NCBI RefSeq assembly: GCF_964355755.1
Contig: NC_092676.1
Span: forward strand, 30,398,871-30,462,870
DNA length: 64,000 nucleotides
Direction of reading: 5' to 3'
Source of the DNA: Antedon mediterranea
Lineage: Eukaryota; Animalia; Echinodermata
Notes under the pieces: generated by a model
Databases searched by the model: none
Seen by the model: the letters and a program-made list of their open reading frames with translations, nothing else
What the model was told of the DNA's origin: nothing
In this document: positions 1 through 12,415 of the stretch, piece by piece
Layout of the letters: each line of letters begins with the position of its first letter
How positions within the stretch are numbered: the first letter of the stretch is position 1
Program-made: the position numbers and the translations under genes

Positions 1-266
1 TCATTTCTAAGGGTTTACAGATATCAAGCTTATGCTGGTTTGTTTATTTTTATCATTCTTAGAATTAGTGGTTATACAATCTTTGTACATTAAACCAGTC
101 TTTAGTCCCTGTGCATTAAATCTATAAAAAAAAAAACCAACTAAATAATACTTTTAGAAATGTAAGTTTACTTCTAAAAACACTTGTTTTACCAAAACGT
201 AATATACTGTATCATGTAATCACCTGTCATATTTGAAACTTATATTTTATAATAATTTATGTTTAG

Positions 267-3200
267 AGAATTCAGGAGGTTACTTTCCAAAATACAAAGA
301 GGACCCTTTGCAGTTGATATATCCATGTAGTGACAGCGTCAAGAGCTTTTTACGACGACTTAAACAAAGTGGAAAATTTGTTTTTTTAATGACAAGTTCA
401 AATGATGACTATGGCATTTCATTGCTTGAGCATACTCTAGGGTAAGTAATTTAAACATTGAAATTTAATTCTCAATAATTATTATACCTGGGTAACATAA
501 ATACAATTATTTATTTATTCACAATATTTTACCAGGTTGACGCAAACAGTCTGGTCTTTTTTGGGGCCCTTGTTACATAAAAAAAATATATTATAAAAAA
601 AAGTAACAGTAATATATGATACAAAACTTATACTACCGTAATAATGTATTACTCTTAGCAATAAAAATGACAACATATTTATAATATTTTTTTTTTTTCA
701 GAAAGGATTGGCAAAGTTATTTTGATGTCTGTTTATTTTTAGCAAGGAAACCTGGATTCTTTACCGAACCAGACCCAACTAAGCGGCCTTTTCTGGATAT
801 TAGTAAGTTTACAATTGATTTTAGCCAGACACAAAAGTAGCATTCTAGATAAAAAATTCTCTTAATAAATTTACCACTAAAACATTTATAACTACAAAGA
901 ATTCAGTAACAATTGGATAGAAGCAAATTTTCAAAATCTTATAATTTTATTTTGTTGTATTTCCCTATACTCCAAATAAAAAAAAGTTTATTTGTTTCAT
1001 GTAAAGTTGATACTATTGGGGGCGCTGTGTAAAAATGGATTGAAAAATTGTTAAATATCAACTTGGCAAAATCTAAAATATTTGAGGATCACATGATGTT
1101 AATTGTCAAATCAAAGTAGACATTCATTAGCTGTTAAAAACAATTTATGGAGAATATTATATTAGAAATTATACATGAAAAATTAATACTCTTTTAACTT
1201 TAACTGTGTTTTGTTTGTGTCCACAATGTATTTATGGAGAGTAGGTCTGTGCGGATTGTGTTTGTAACTGTGTTTGTGTTTGTAACTGTGCGGATTGTGT
1301 TTGTAACTGTGCGGATTGCGTTTGTAACTGTGTTTGTGTTTGTAACTGTGATTGTGTTTGTAACTGTGTTTGTGTTTGTAACTGTGCGGATTGTGTTTGT
1401 AACTGTGTTTGTGTTTTGTCAACTGTAATTTTACTTTGCTTTAGGTTCTCTTCATTCTGAATATTCTGAACATTACAGTATTCCGTGTCATGTTGATATC
1501 TGATCGTTGAATTTTCGTCACTGGACAAATTTTCCTCATGTGTGATAGGTTGATTCCTTGATGCATGTGGTGGTATAAGGAAACGTTTGGAAAAACATAA
1601 AACCACAGCTGATATGAAGATAACGAATAAGCTACCAAGAATTATACAAGCAATAAACAATATATTAATAATATCAGATTGTTCTTCATATTTATGTAGG
1701 GCTATACTGCACATTTTTATATCCAAACCACCATCACAATTTGTCCACTGTGATTCACAAAAATAATCACCAAAATGATCCTCTTGTAATATAAAGCTAT
1801 AACTGAGTAGTAACGTACTGTTAGTGTCACTCCCAATAATATTAGTTAATGTTTTATTATTCCTTGTCCACTGAAATTGAATTGGAGGGTTACTACTGAT
1901 GCTAATGCATGTGAGGTTGACTACAATGCCTAGTGAGGGTTGTACAGGCTCCTGATGGCATTCTGGCACACCCGCAGAGAATAACACATTTAGTATCACG
2001 CCAGAAGAACTTAAAATTAAATGTTCGTTGTTATCAAACACCATACAAGTGTAATTATTTTGATGTAGATATCGACCACTTTGTATGTTTGCATAAATTT
2101 CGATTTCATTTGTGTCTGTACCCAAAGTGTATGCAGATTGTTCTTCTGTTGGTAATCTGTCTTTCAAGAGAACTCCATCTTTATAAATGGCGGTCAACTC
2201 CTCATTTTGATTCTTACGAAACCAGTAAACTGACTGATCATTTTCCAACTGTACAAGATCACAGTACAGGTGAAATGAAGATCTACTTCCTTCACATAAA
2301 TAACCAGTATCATCACTTACACTTTTGAAGCTTACACCACTGGCAGAATTAAGTATGCCGTAGAGCAGCAGGCAAAGCACGGTGTAAAACATGTTTTGTT
2401 AAACTGTTCCTCCATGGTTAAACGTCATGCTACAGTACAAGCTATCCTTGTCATGTGGTTGTGTTGACTTGGCTTTTGTGTTTATTTCCCTGTTCTGTGG
2501 GTTTCTATGCTTGTTTCCTTTCTATACTTATTTGAGTGACTTGACAGGTCATTGTTGTATACTTAAAGGTTCACTGATTTCAGAAGAAGAGCTGAATAGA
2601 ATACAGAAATACACAAACTATTTCATTAATGACTCACTAATAAAACTTCAGATTTGAGTTAACCAAATTGTTGATTTATTGTTTTATACTTGTGTAATGA
2701 TTATACAGATTTCCTCCTCCATGAGGATTTTGTTTATCATCAGCATGATAGCCATCATAGATAAAGTTGTCAACTGTTCCAGAGTCCTCTAATGATGGAT
2801 CAACTGACTTTGTCACTGGTTCTATGGGATCCAATTGTACTTGCTGCTGTCCTGCTGATGTACCACTGGTGGTAGTTGAGTCTCTCCTTTTGCATGTACA
2901 AACACCAATCAGAATGCATAATGCAAAGAATACAACACCTCCAATGCTTACACCAATGACAAATATTAAGTCTAAAGAAGATGGTACATTTGTAGGCTGA
3001 GCTTGTGGATTTATTGTTGAGATAGTAGTTTTCTGTTCATTATAAATGCAACTGCTGATGCCATTATTACACTTAAAAGTACTATTTAAATCGTCAGCTG
3101 TTAGTGTAAACGTGTAATTTAAGTAAGTGAAAGTAGTAGTATCTTCCTGCTCAATATCTTGAATTCTTTTGTTATTTTTTAGCCACTCTAGCTCCACACT

Positions 3201-6076
3201 TTCACCAAGTCCAGTAGCTTTTGAATTACCAGGTTCAGAATAGCAGGACATCGTAATCTTTGAACCAATGGAATCTGTTGAAAAGTCACTTGACTCACAG
3301 ATTGGGTAAATCAGTGATGGAGTATATTTAGCAAGTACAATAACACCAGATGATATTCGTACTACCTCACCTGTAGAATTGAGACTTACTTCACATGTGT
3401 AATTATTACCATTAAGTAAATAACCAAGATCTCGTCCAAGTACTTGTCTTATTTGAACATCATGTGCACTATGGTTGCTGTATGCTTCTTGTTCTCTTCC
3501 CAAGTTGTTCAGTATCAACATTCCATCTCTGTAAATGATTGTTCTGTCACCATTTCTTGTTTCTCTATACCATGAGATTGAATATTCTGTCATGTTTGAT
3601 ACTGAGCATTTTAGTTGGCCTGTTGCACCCTCACCCATATTTATAGAGCCTATACTTGCACTAAATCCTAGGTCATCTTCAACTGAATTAACAATAAGAA
3701 GTCTTGAGATGACAAATAACAGTGTAAAATGTCGGTCCATAATATTATGTTATCTCCTAACCTACCTACTACATATTATAATTGTTTGCATTTTTATTTA
3801 TATTCTTACCTAGTTTCCTTATTTTTATATTATTTCCTTATTGGAATACCATTAGCTTTGTTAACAACTCCAGGAATTATGTCTCATGCGTAAAATAATA
3901 ATGAATTGTACATTCAACCTTGTCGAGTCATTGTTTATTTCACACCTACAGTATTATTCAGATTTAGTAGGCGTTGCAGTAGAAAATACATTTAAAACAA
4001 CTTTTAAGAACCACTTGTTTTATAATCCATTATTTGGCAGTCATAAAGAAAATAATGATACCATGTCATGAGGTGTTGGTGATTGGGCTTCCTTGTTTTA
4101 TTCGTGTTTTCTTGTTTTTTAAAATCATTGTTTTGAATCATTGCTGTTAATTGTAAAAAAAAATGAAATTCAGTTTTAACCGGGAAGATGATTTTTTAAT
4201 AAATAAATAAATGGACGCCTTTATCCAGATCTGTTTCTGTCATTTATGGCAACCTGTAGAATATTTTCCCAAATGTTAACTCTACAAAAATACATTTACT
4301 TGTGTGCAATAGTAATATTTTCATTCAAATTTTAATTGTAACACATTTACAGAATATCATTTATATATTATTTATAAAGCATCATTGTGGAGTGTATAAT
4401 ATAATAGGTGGTTGATAACTGTTTTAATTTGTTTTTGTTTACAGAAAACAAATCTTTAATTGTAAATGAACTTAAAGTTGGACAGAGTTATTCACAAGGA
4501 AATATAGATTATTTTATGAAGTTTATAAATAAATCTACAGACAAGACAAATGCTAAGGTAATCTGTGATTGGGCACGGCATTTCCTTTCTTCCAAAGTCC
4601 TACAAATCTTATTTTACATTATATCCAAAAGGAAGTGGCCAATTGCAAGATAAGTTTATAAAATATTACATATTTTACTGTAAAACTGTTCTGCTATTGT
4701 TTCAAACGTTTAATTCTACACGGGCTAAATTTAGTTTTTGATATAGCACGAAAATAAAAATCTGAAGTGGAATATTTGCACCACAAACGTAAAGTTCAAG
4801 GTTAATGACCTATATACACAGATAAAATGTTTTGCAACACCATTTATTTTCAATACTCTATTTAAATGCCTCTCTATTCACAGAATTTATGTACAAAAGA
4901 ATAGGGATTTTACTGGGTAATTTTATGCTTTTAAAAAAATAAGGAAACTATAGATAATGATTATTGGAATGTACAGTATGATCAATAGACTTTGCTTTGT
5001 TGTTGTTGTTTCATTAAACATCTTTCTTTACAGGTAATGTATATTGGTGATAGTTTACGGTCGGACATATTTCCACCATCACAATATGCAAACTGGACGA
5101 CAGTAGCTATCTTGGAGGAAATGAAACATGAAGGAATTATGGGATATGAAGATGATGACGAGCCTAGCTCAAAGAAGTGCAAAATGTCTGTAAGTGACTG
5201 TTGGTATAGTTTGTCATCATTATGACTAATGTTTTAATAAGTTTCTTAATGAGTGGAGTATTGTACACTATCAAACCAGTTTGACAAAAAAGGTGTGATG
5301 TGCCCAAATACGGTAATGATATGCTGTAATATGGTAGTGAAAAGCTTAAATATTGTAGTGAAATGACATTTGTAATCACCTAAAATCAGACTCATAAATA
5401 ATAGAAACTCTCGAAATTGTGATTGCATTTCTTTCAGCCACAAAATGTGCTAGAACATGAAATGATCGTGTCAAAGCAATGGGGATCGTTTTTTGTAGAA
5501 AAAAAACAAGAAAATGTAGAACATATTCACGAGGGTTTTGTTGCCATGAACACACTATGGGGTTATTTTATCAAGACTCACGCCACGTTTGCCATTCCTC
5601 AACTCGAATATATTGCAGGTTTGTTTCCAAGTTGATTTATAATAGCAATAATAACTATCTATATATAATTCTTTATGTTAAACCATTCATGAATACGTAT
5701 GTGTGCAAAGTTTCGACTAAAACTATAAGATATTAAGCTTGTAGTTTTAAAATCCCACAATTTTACATTTTAAGTTCTGCTTGGTGGTAAACAACTTGTT
5801 TCTATACATTATAGAAGAATGAACTTTTAATGAATATCTTTGGTGTAACTCTTTGTACTGTATTCTTATCCAGTAACCAACTTTTTGGCCCAGCAGTATT
5901 CATTGTTTTGGTGTAGTTGATGTTTTTTTTTTTCATTTTATTTAATGTTAAGCCATTTATTTTTGTTTGTTTCAGATTTACCAATTGAATACAGATTTCA
6001 CACATTTTCTCATCCAGACACAAATGTTGGTGGATTCTATCCCAGTGTACCAAAACCTTTACAAGAATTCCTTTAG
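267..6076 (+). CDS. NT5DC1: 5'-nucleotidase domain-containing protein 1, 3' exons (5' part lies before the window)
   Basis: GT-AG exons 267-441, 702-802, 4445-4557, 5034-5189, 5438-5618 and 5976-6076 (TAG) join in phase. Peptides GYFP..KEDP, LMTSS..DY, ARKPGFF, YSQGN, YIGDSLRSDIFP, WGSFF and GFYP match the NT5DC1 HAD-family C-terminus as recalled. Confidence 0.92.
1232..2392 (-). CDS. Type I membrane Ig-superfamily receptor, intronless CDS (signal peptide, V-like and C2-like Ig domains, TM, tail with Tyr motifs and Q/T repeats), 386 aa
   Basis: Uninterrupted ORF with a hydrophobic N-terminus. Ig motifs are LYC..VYWFR..NYTC and NLTC..FQW..GDYFC, the TM is ILFIACIILGSLFVIFISAVVLCF, and the tail has TEYCNV. 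It lies antisense in NT5DC1 intron 803-4444. Confidence 0.88.
   Translation of the reverse strand: MFYTVLCLLLYGILNSASGVSFKSVSDDTGYLCEGSRSSFHLYCDLVQLENDQSVYWFRKNQNEELTAIYKDGVLLKDRLPTEEQSAYTLGTDTNEIEIYANIQSGRYLHQNNYTCMVFDNNEHLILSSSGVILNVLFSAGVPECHQEPVQPSLGIVVNLTCISISSNPPIQFQWTRNNKTLTNIIGSDTNSTLLLSYSFILQEDHFGDYFCESQWTNCDGGLDIKMCSIALHKYEEQSDIINILFIACIILGSLFVIFISAVVLCFSKRFLIPPHASRNQPITHEENLSSDENSTIRYQHDTEYCNVQNIQNEENLKQSKITVDKTQTQLQTQSAQLQTQTQLQTQSQLQTQTQLQTQSAQLQTQSAQLQTQTQLQTQSAQTYSP
1245..1415 (-). repeat. In-frame coding minisatellite (18/21-bp units) encoding QLQTQT/QLQTQSA
   Basis: Repeated GTGTTTGTAACTGT(GCGGATT) on the + strand, inside the C-terminus of the 386-aa ORF. Confidence 0.9.
2676..3740 (-). 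CDS. Type I membrane Ig-superfamily receptor, intronless CDS, paralog of 1232-2392, 354 aa
   Basis: Signal peptide; Ig motifs LKC..ISWYR..NNYTCEV and MSC..LEW..FKC; TM LIFVIGVSIGGVVFFALCILIGVC; tail with YDGY, NLYNHY and YTSI. It shares IY(K/R)DG, EQ.AY, NNYTC and SSGVI with its neighbour. Confidence 0.88.
   Translation of the reverse strand: MDRHFTLLFVISRLLIVNSVEDDLGFSASIGSINMGEGATGQLKCSVSNMTEYSISWYRETRNGDRTIIYRDGMLILNNLGREQEAYSNHSAHDVQIRQVLGRDLGYLLNGNNYTCEVSLNSTGEVVRISSGVIVLAKYTPSLIYPICESSDFSTDSIGSKITMSCYSEPGNSKATGLGESVELEWLKNNKRIQDIEQEDTTTFTYLNYTFTLTADDLNSTFKCNNGISSCIYNEQKTTISTINPQAQPTNVPSSLDLIFVIGVSIGGVVFFALCILIGVCTCKRRDSTTTSGTSAGQQQVQLDPIEPVTKSVDPSLEDSGTVDNFIYDGYHADDKQNPHGGGNLYNHYTSIKQ
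5262..5347. mobile_element. Degenerate fragment of the MITE at 6859
   Basis: TACACTATCAAAC...GTGATGTGCCCA is shared with 6859-6986. Confidence 0.55.
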
Positions 6077-6505
6077 TGAACATCATTTGTTTAGTAATTT
6101 TGGAATGCATATTGTATGGTTTAGGGATTTGCATACATTTGGATGTTGCAATTGAAATCAAGACTAGAATCTAGTGGTTGGAAAACTTGTATACAATATT
6201 TTAATTTCAATTTGCACGTAAAAGTCTCCGTATCTCTGCCTTAATAAACGCCTTCAATAAGTTGGTTATTTATTCAACAAAACGGGTGCTCAGTGGATTC
6301 ATTACTCTAATAAAAATCAAATGATTCATTCAATGTATAACTAGTTAAATGACAAATAACAGCAATAGAGTACACAATTGGAAAGACCAAAACTATAATA
6401 ATTTAATACAGAATTAATTAAATTAATATCTGTTCAAAATATTTGCTATATGAAGCACTTAAAGGCTGATTTTAAAATAAAGCGTGAATAACAATTTAAT
6501 AAATA

Positions 6506-9500
6506 TTATCGTGTGCGTTTTCTCTTTACTCTTGCTGGACTCTTGCCTAATTTTTTACTATTATTTACATCAAAATCAGGCATGCCCTCGTATGAGGTAA
6601 ATCCTCTTGCTTTGCCTGTTTCGGTAACCACATCATCTTCCATTTTTTCCTGAGGCTTTTCTTCTTGATCTGTGTCATCACTTTTCAAAACGTTTTCTAT
6701 GTTGATAATTCGTTTGTTTAGTGAGCATATTGTAGCCTTTACCTGAAAAGCATCAAATAAATCATTAAATATTAATACTAATAACATCAGGCTTTTATTG
6801 CTTAGTGCTGCTTTATTTATTTGTAATGATTGATGATAAGAACACATGATCATTGAAAAGCTCTGTCTACACTATCAATCTTTATGTTATAAAAAATGTG
6901 ATGTGCCCATATATGGACATGATGTTATATTACCATATTTAGGCATATCACACTTTTTTTGTCAAACTAATTTCATAGTGTAGACATTTGAACTATAAAC
7001 AAACCTTATAAAGGTCATCTTGTAAGGATCTGGCAGATGGAAGGTCAATAATACTGTCGGTGTCAACTCCTGCTGTTTTCTCTCCACTACCAATGTGATA
7101 GCTGAGTTAAAATATACAGAAAACAAATAACATCATTTAATTAAGAAAACAACCAACATATCCACTGTAAATTCTTATGGTCACCTTTTTTTTACACATT
7201 TTTGTTGCTATCATTCCTCATCTGTCATCACCATTATTAACAGTAACATTGTCAACAGTACCTTTGTATTTTGTTGATATCATTCCTCATCTGTCATCAC
7301 CATTATTAACAGTAACATTGTCAACAGTACCTTTGTATTTTGTTGATATCATTCCTCATCTGTCATCACCATTATTAACAGTAACATTGTCAACAGTACC
7401 TTTGTATTTTGTTGATATCATTCCTCATCTGTCCAGGCCCGTAGCCAGGGGGGGTTTTTATGGTTCGGGCGAACCCCCCCTTTACAGCGAACCCCCATCC
7501 CCGACATGCCCAATACCTCACCCTCATCTCCAAAAATCCTCCAAATACGTGCCCCACAGTACAAAAAGTTGTTGGTAAATTGAAAAGTTCGTGAACTTGT
7601 TCGTGAACCTTCTTCTCTGTATGAGCGTCAACTAGTGATACGTGTCTGTAAATTTCTAAAAGCTGCAAATGAATTGCCGATTTTAACCTGAAAAATAAAT
7701 GTTTGGTCCCTGCATGTAACATGATATTGACGCGTCTCATAGCGAGCTGGCGCACGAACGATTCGTACAAAGGACACCGCCAGACAACTGCGTACCTATA
7801 ATTGTTTAGATCACTGGCAGTCAGGCAGCATGCATAAAGTATATAGCCTTCCGACGTACATCAGTATTTATGTGTGACTATGAAGTATAATGTATCATAG
7901 AGGATTATAGTGAATATTAATATTTTACACTATAATATCTATGGTATCAAGTACTGACGTAGTTCACATTATGGCATCCGATTATTTTTTTCTAGACCAC
8001 CAGCCAATACGTACTAAAATGTATCAATATCACCTATTTACATATTTATATTCCTCAACAAATTGCTGTAAATAAATATTATAGATAGAGCTAGCAAATA
8101 GCATTCGCCTTCACCCAGTGTGCTTTTTTCGGGGCTGCTCCTAGATATACGTTCGCATTGAACTTGAACGCAAAACAAAATACGGAGTAAATGATCAAAC
8201 AATCGGCGGTTCCGCACAGAGCACGCGCATCTAACATACGGCAACAAATAGTTATCGTCATTTAAATTATCGACGTGTTTGAGGAGGAGGAAAAAAGTAT
8301 GATCTTTTTGCTCATTGGTTATATAGCATGCTGCACGAGAGTGTCTTTTCCGGCCATCTAGGGGTGTCATTTAACAAAATTCGCTTCGCATCAGGCTGGG
8401 TGAAGGGGGGGGGGGGGTAGGGGGTTTGACCCAAATATTTAGTGTCCGAACCCCCCCTTGACAGATCCTGGCTACGGCCCTGCTGTCATCACCATTATTA
8501 ACAGTAACATTGTCAACAGTACCTTTGTATTTTGTTGCTATCATTCCTCATCTGTCATCACCATTATTAACAGTAACATTGTCAACAGTACCTTTGTATT
8601 TTGTTGATATCATTCCTCATCTGTCATCATCATTATTAACAGTAACATTGTCAACAGTACCTTTGTATTTTGTTGCTATCATTCCTCATCTGTCATCACC
8701 ATTATTAACAGTAACATTGTCAACAGTACCTTTGTATTTTGTTGCTATCATTCCTCATCTGTCATCACCATTATTAACAGTAACATTGTCAACAGTACCT
8801 TTGTATTTTGTTGATATCATTCCTCATCTGTCATCACCATTATTAACAGTAACATTGTCAACAGTACCTTTGTATTTTGTTGCTATCATTCCTCATCTGT
8901 CATCACCATTATTAACAGTAACATTGTCAACAGTACCTTTGTATTTTGTTGCTATCATTCCTCATCTGTCATCACCATTATTAACAGTAACATTGTCAAC
9001 AGTACCTTTGTATTTTGTTGATATCAAGGGTAAACACATCCCTTAAATTGTCGAGTGCTCTTGGCGTGGTCTGGTATATTCGCCCAATCATCTCGTCACA
9101 TACGCAGAAAAGTTTTTGATATGTACTAAAAAAAAAAACAATTTATAAAACTTTTGAAAACAATTTTTACCAAATTGAATAGAATTTACTTATTTGACTT
9201 GCCTTCCAATATCTACACCTTTCTCTGATGTAATCAGGTCTTGTTCAATCTCTACCACTTTTGTAACACCTAAATAATTACAACAAGAATAAAAATATGA
9301 TATCAATTGCTACAGATTACTATAAATAGCATGTTCATATCTCGCCTATCGTAGTAACTGCTGCTAATCCCCAGGTAAATTAACTTGATAGTATTTTGTT
9401 TGTAGCTTTTGAAAATGTTTGTTTTTAATCTTTTTTATATTATTTTATTTAATATTATTATATTATTTATTAATAATATTACTACTAGGCCTACGTGTTA

Positions 9501-10691
9501 TTTAAAATACCAGTCCATGCATAATTTAAAAATAGGCTAGGCAACATGAAACATAATAATAACTCATTCGGCCTGAAATGAAATACCAACAATCATTCAG
9601 ATATGAATGATGGTTGGTATTTCCCATGGCTCTCACGGGCCATCATGGCTACTTATTCTACTCACGCACGACACTAGCTAGTTTTAGTTAGTAGGAGGAG
9701 GGCCTAGCCTAGCGGTAGCCGATCACTCCGGCCGCCGTATCAGTTTAGCGCGATGTTATGCACTCCGGCCGCTATTCAATTCGACTTCCTGTGCAAAGGG
9801 GCCGTTAGTATGGAGCGCCCATATCTACGTTTTCTATACTGTTCAGTGTTATAACAAATTCTTGGTGAATTTAAATGGAACTAGTTGAATATTTATTAGC
9901 AACAATTTTTATAACACTTTATCTTGCCAGTACCCATACTTACTAATTATAGTTAATAACAATATGTAAAATATTAATTTATTTATTTCAAATAATCAAT
10001 TATTATTGATGTTTGTTATAGAATTATTACAGTTAATAACAATATTTACAATATTAATTAATTTATTTCAAATAATCAAATATCCGTCTAATTAATGTAA
10101 CCTGTTAATTAATATATCATTTTTGTACAGTCCAATTTAGAATGATTTTATATTTTAATTTATATATGATAAAAATAATATGACATATAGGGTACATTGC
10201 AATAAATTACATTAATTAATCACATTACAATTAATATACTAGCCTATTATACATTGGATAAAACACAAATTATTTTGTTTTAGCATTAGACCTAATTTAA
10301 AACACTTGCTATGTTGTTGTGATCCTGAAAGAGAAAAAATATACTGTATGATTTATACAAATGTTTATTTTGATTCTCTACAAAAAACGTTTCTCCGTTG
10401 TAAAAGACTCATTGGGCGCTCCATAGCTGCGGCCGGATTGAAGCGCGGCCGGAGTGAAGCGCGGCCGGAGTGATCTGTAATGTATTCAGCCTAGCTAGGC
10501 CTTTAGCTAACTTGTACTTCCTTCTTTTATTACTTACGTCGCATAGTTATTGTTTTAAGGTCATTATTAGCACATATCCATGAACAAGAGTCGCCCAGTA
10601 TATTACCACATTTTAAACATACTATGACTATTGGATATTCTTCTTTTTCACTGATTGTCGAACCCTCCTCCTCTAAAGATCTTCCATCCAT
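6506..10691 (-). CDS. MIS18: Protein Mis18 (Yippee/Mis18 zinc-binding domain plus C-terminal helix; MIS18A/OIP5 family), about 224 aa
   Basis: Exons 10691-10538, 9269-9203 (GC donor), 9125-9006, 7101-7005 and 6742-6506 join in phase. Peptides: IVCLKCGNILGDS, GSTYQKLFCVCDEMIGRIYQTTPRALDNLRDVFTLD. Confidence 0.88.
6859..6986. mobile_element. Short palindromic MITE in a Mis18 intron
   Basis: Inverted ends TGTCTACACTAT / ATAGTGTAGACA and internal inverted GTGATGTGCC / GGCATATCAC. Confidence 0.65.
7198..9025 (-). repeat. 69-bp tandem array (about 11 copies) containing the Mis18 exon 3 end and splice donor, split by a transposon
   Basis: On the - strand the unit includes GATATCAACAAAATACAAAG|GTACTG. 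The first unit is continuous with the real exon ending at 9006. Confidence 0.95.
7434..8482. mobile_element. Non-autonomous DNA transposon with CAG termini and 5-bp TSD (hAT5-like)
   Basis: TIRs CAGGCCCGTAGCCAGG / CCTGGCTACGGCCCTG, with CTGTC duplicated at 7429-7433 and 8483-8487. The uninterrupted array units show the empty site. Confidence 0.9.
9714..10487 (+). mobile_element. Non-autonomous TIR element with subterminal CCGGCCGC repeats and 8-bp TSD (same family as 52554-55218)
   Basis: GGTAGCCGATCACTCCGGCC ... GGCCGGAGTGATCTGTA..TTC; TSD AGCCTAGC; near-identical second copy at 52554. Confidence 0.9.
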
Positions 10692-11390
10692 GGTTTCGCG
10701 CGCTGACTGTCAAAATTTGAACTTCAACCTCTGACACATTACGTAATTTTATATGACGTCGATTAAAAGGGGAAATTCTCTTGCTTGATGCATTATGCCA
10801 AAGATAGATCTTTGATTATGCCAATCAATAGGTTTATTCTAATTAATAGGCTAGGCCTAGTAATAACAGATTCAAAATAGCTGATAATAAAATAATAATA
10901 ATATAAAAGACATTGATAACATTTTGAAAACTCATTTTATAAACTACAAAAAATAAATAAAAAGTACTAAAAGTCACGTGATGGTGTGAGGTCAAAAATA
11001 CACAACGTGTTATTGTTATTTGTGTCAACAACATTCTTTTTTTGGTGTCTGTGTATAGAAAGTACTATAAGTTTTAACCTACATCAGACATTTGTAGGTA
11101 TAAAACTACTACCTACTTTTTAAACCAAAACATCAATAAGTAAGACCGGTTATTTACTATAAACATAATTCATTTGATAAATAAGGCGACTACACTGCAC
11201 TGGTTAGGATAGCCTATCTATAATCTAGTGTATCTACAGTATGTATCCCGACGATATGTATACTATACTATTTTACTACACTCTGTATATAACTAGGCCT
11301 ACTATGACGTGTGTGTATTGCAGTGTAGGCTTACTTTACCTCTTCTAGCACAAATGTTGATATTTTTTTTTTCAACAGCTGCTGTCAAAC
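10692..11390. promoter_or_regulatory. Putative bidirectional promoter and 5' UTR region between Mis18 and MTRES1
   Basis: Divergent start codons about 700 bp apart, with CCAAT, TGACGTC and CACGTG motifs. Function is inferred. Confidence 0.5.
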
Positions 11391-12415
11391 ATGCTCTGTT
11401 TCCAAAATCTCAAATTGTTTCATAGACCATGGAAATTACCACCATTATTTGTACAGCCACAGCATAATATTAATAATGGAATGTGTTTTGTCAAAAATAA
11501 ATATCTAAGTTTTATAATAAGTAAAAGTTGCATCTTTTGTTATGAAGATAAAAACAGAAATACTTGTGAAGAAGGTAGGCCTGCTCTGAAATCATTTTTG
11601 CCAATAAAGAAAGTAGATTCAGGTGCATGGTTGATGAAACATGATCTATTGGTGACGACAAAAACCAGTAATTGTGTGCTTGCTACAAGGAAGTACTCGG
11701 TTTTTGGAAGTCAAAATGTTTGTGTACGATATTATGTATCAAGAAAGAAACAGAAAGAAACAAAATCAACAGAGGAATTGGAATCTGATGAGGAGGAGGA
11801 GATGGATGATGATGAAGAGGAAGAAGTTGATTTACTACCAAAAGGGTGGAAAAATATTGTACAGGTAGTTCCCTCTCTTCGTCTGGACAGTGTGCTAAGT
11901 TCTGGACTTGGAATTGCCAGAAAGTAAGTCATAATAATAAACTAATATCTCCATATAATGTTCTGTATACTCAGATCAAGATCATAGTTCACCATATTTA
12001 TGCACTTATTTATTTATATATAAGTTTGACATGATGCATACTAAGCATAGATACTAAATTTAAATTGCCTTACAATCTTTCAGAAAAGTTGAAGATGCAT
12101 TTCTTAAAAGTAGATTACTTGTAAATAATGAACGAGTTTCAAAGAAAAGCAAAATGGTAAGGAAATATTCCATTGTACTATTTTAGAGTTTTTTACAGAA
12201 AATGATAAGTTAAATGACATTTTATTTTTTTCTTTACATTGTAGGTGAAAGCAGGTGATGTTCTTGATATGATAAGAGATGATGATAATGACAACATAGT
12301 TATGCGTGTTGTTGTGTTGAAGGTTGCATCTGAAAAGACAAGTAAAAATCAAATTAAAATAAAACTACGTAGGTGGAAAAAACTTGACTTACAAGGGGAA
12401 GAATCAAAGACCTGA
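11391..12415 (+). CDS. MTRES1: Mitochondrial transcription rescue factor 1 (S4-like RNA-binding domain), about 258 aa
   Basis: Exons 11391-11923, 12084-12156 and 12245-12415. An acidic tract is followed by SLRLDSVLSSGLGIARKKVEDAF..LLVN..KKSKMVKAGDVLD..LRRWK. Confidence 0.9.

Noticed and set aside
7177-9046. 133-aa and 178-aa ORFs of repeated TVPLYFVDIIPHLSSPLLTVTLS
   Set aside because: These are antisense translations of the 69-bp array, open only because the period is a multiple of 3.
9570-9650. Hairpin GAAATACCAAC...GTTGGTATTTC as another P footprint
   Set aside because: The flanks are inverted rather than directly duplicated, so there is no TSD.
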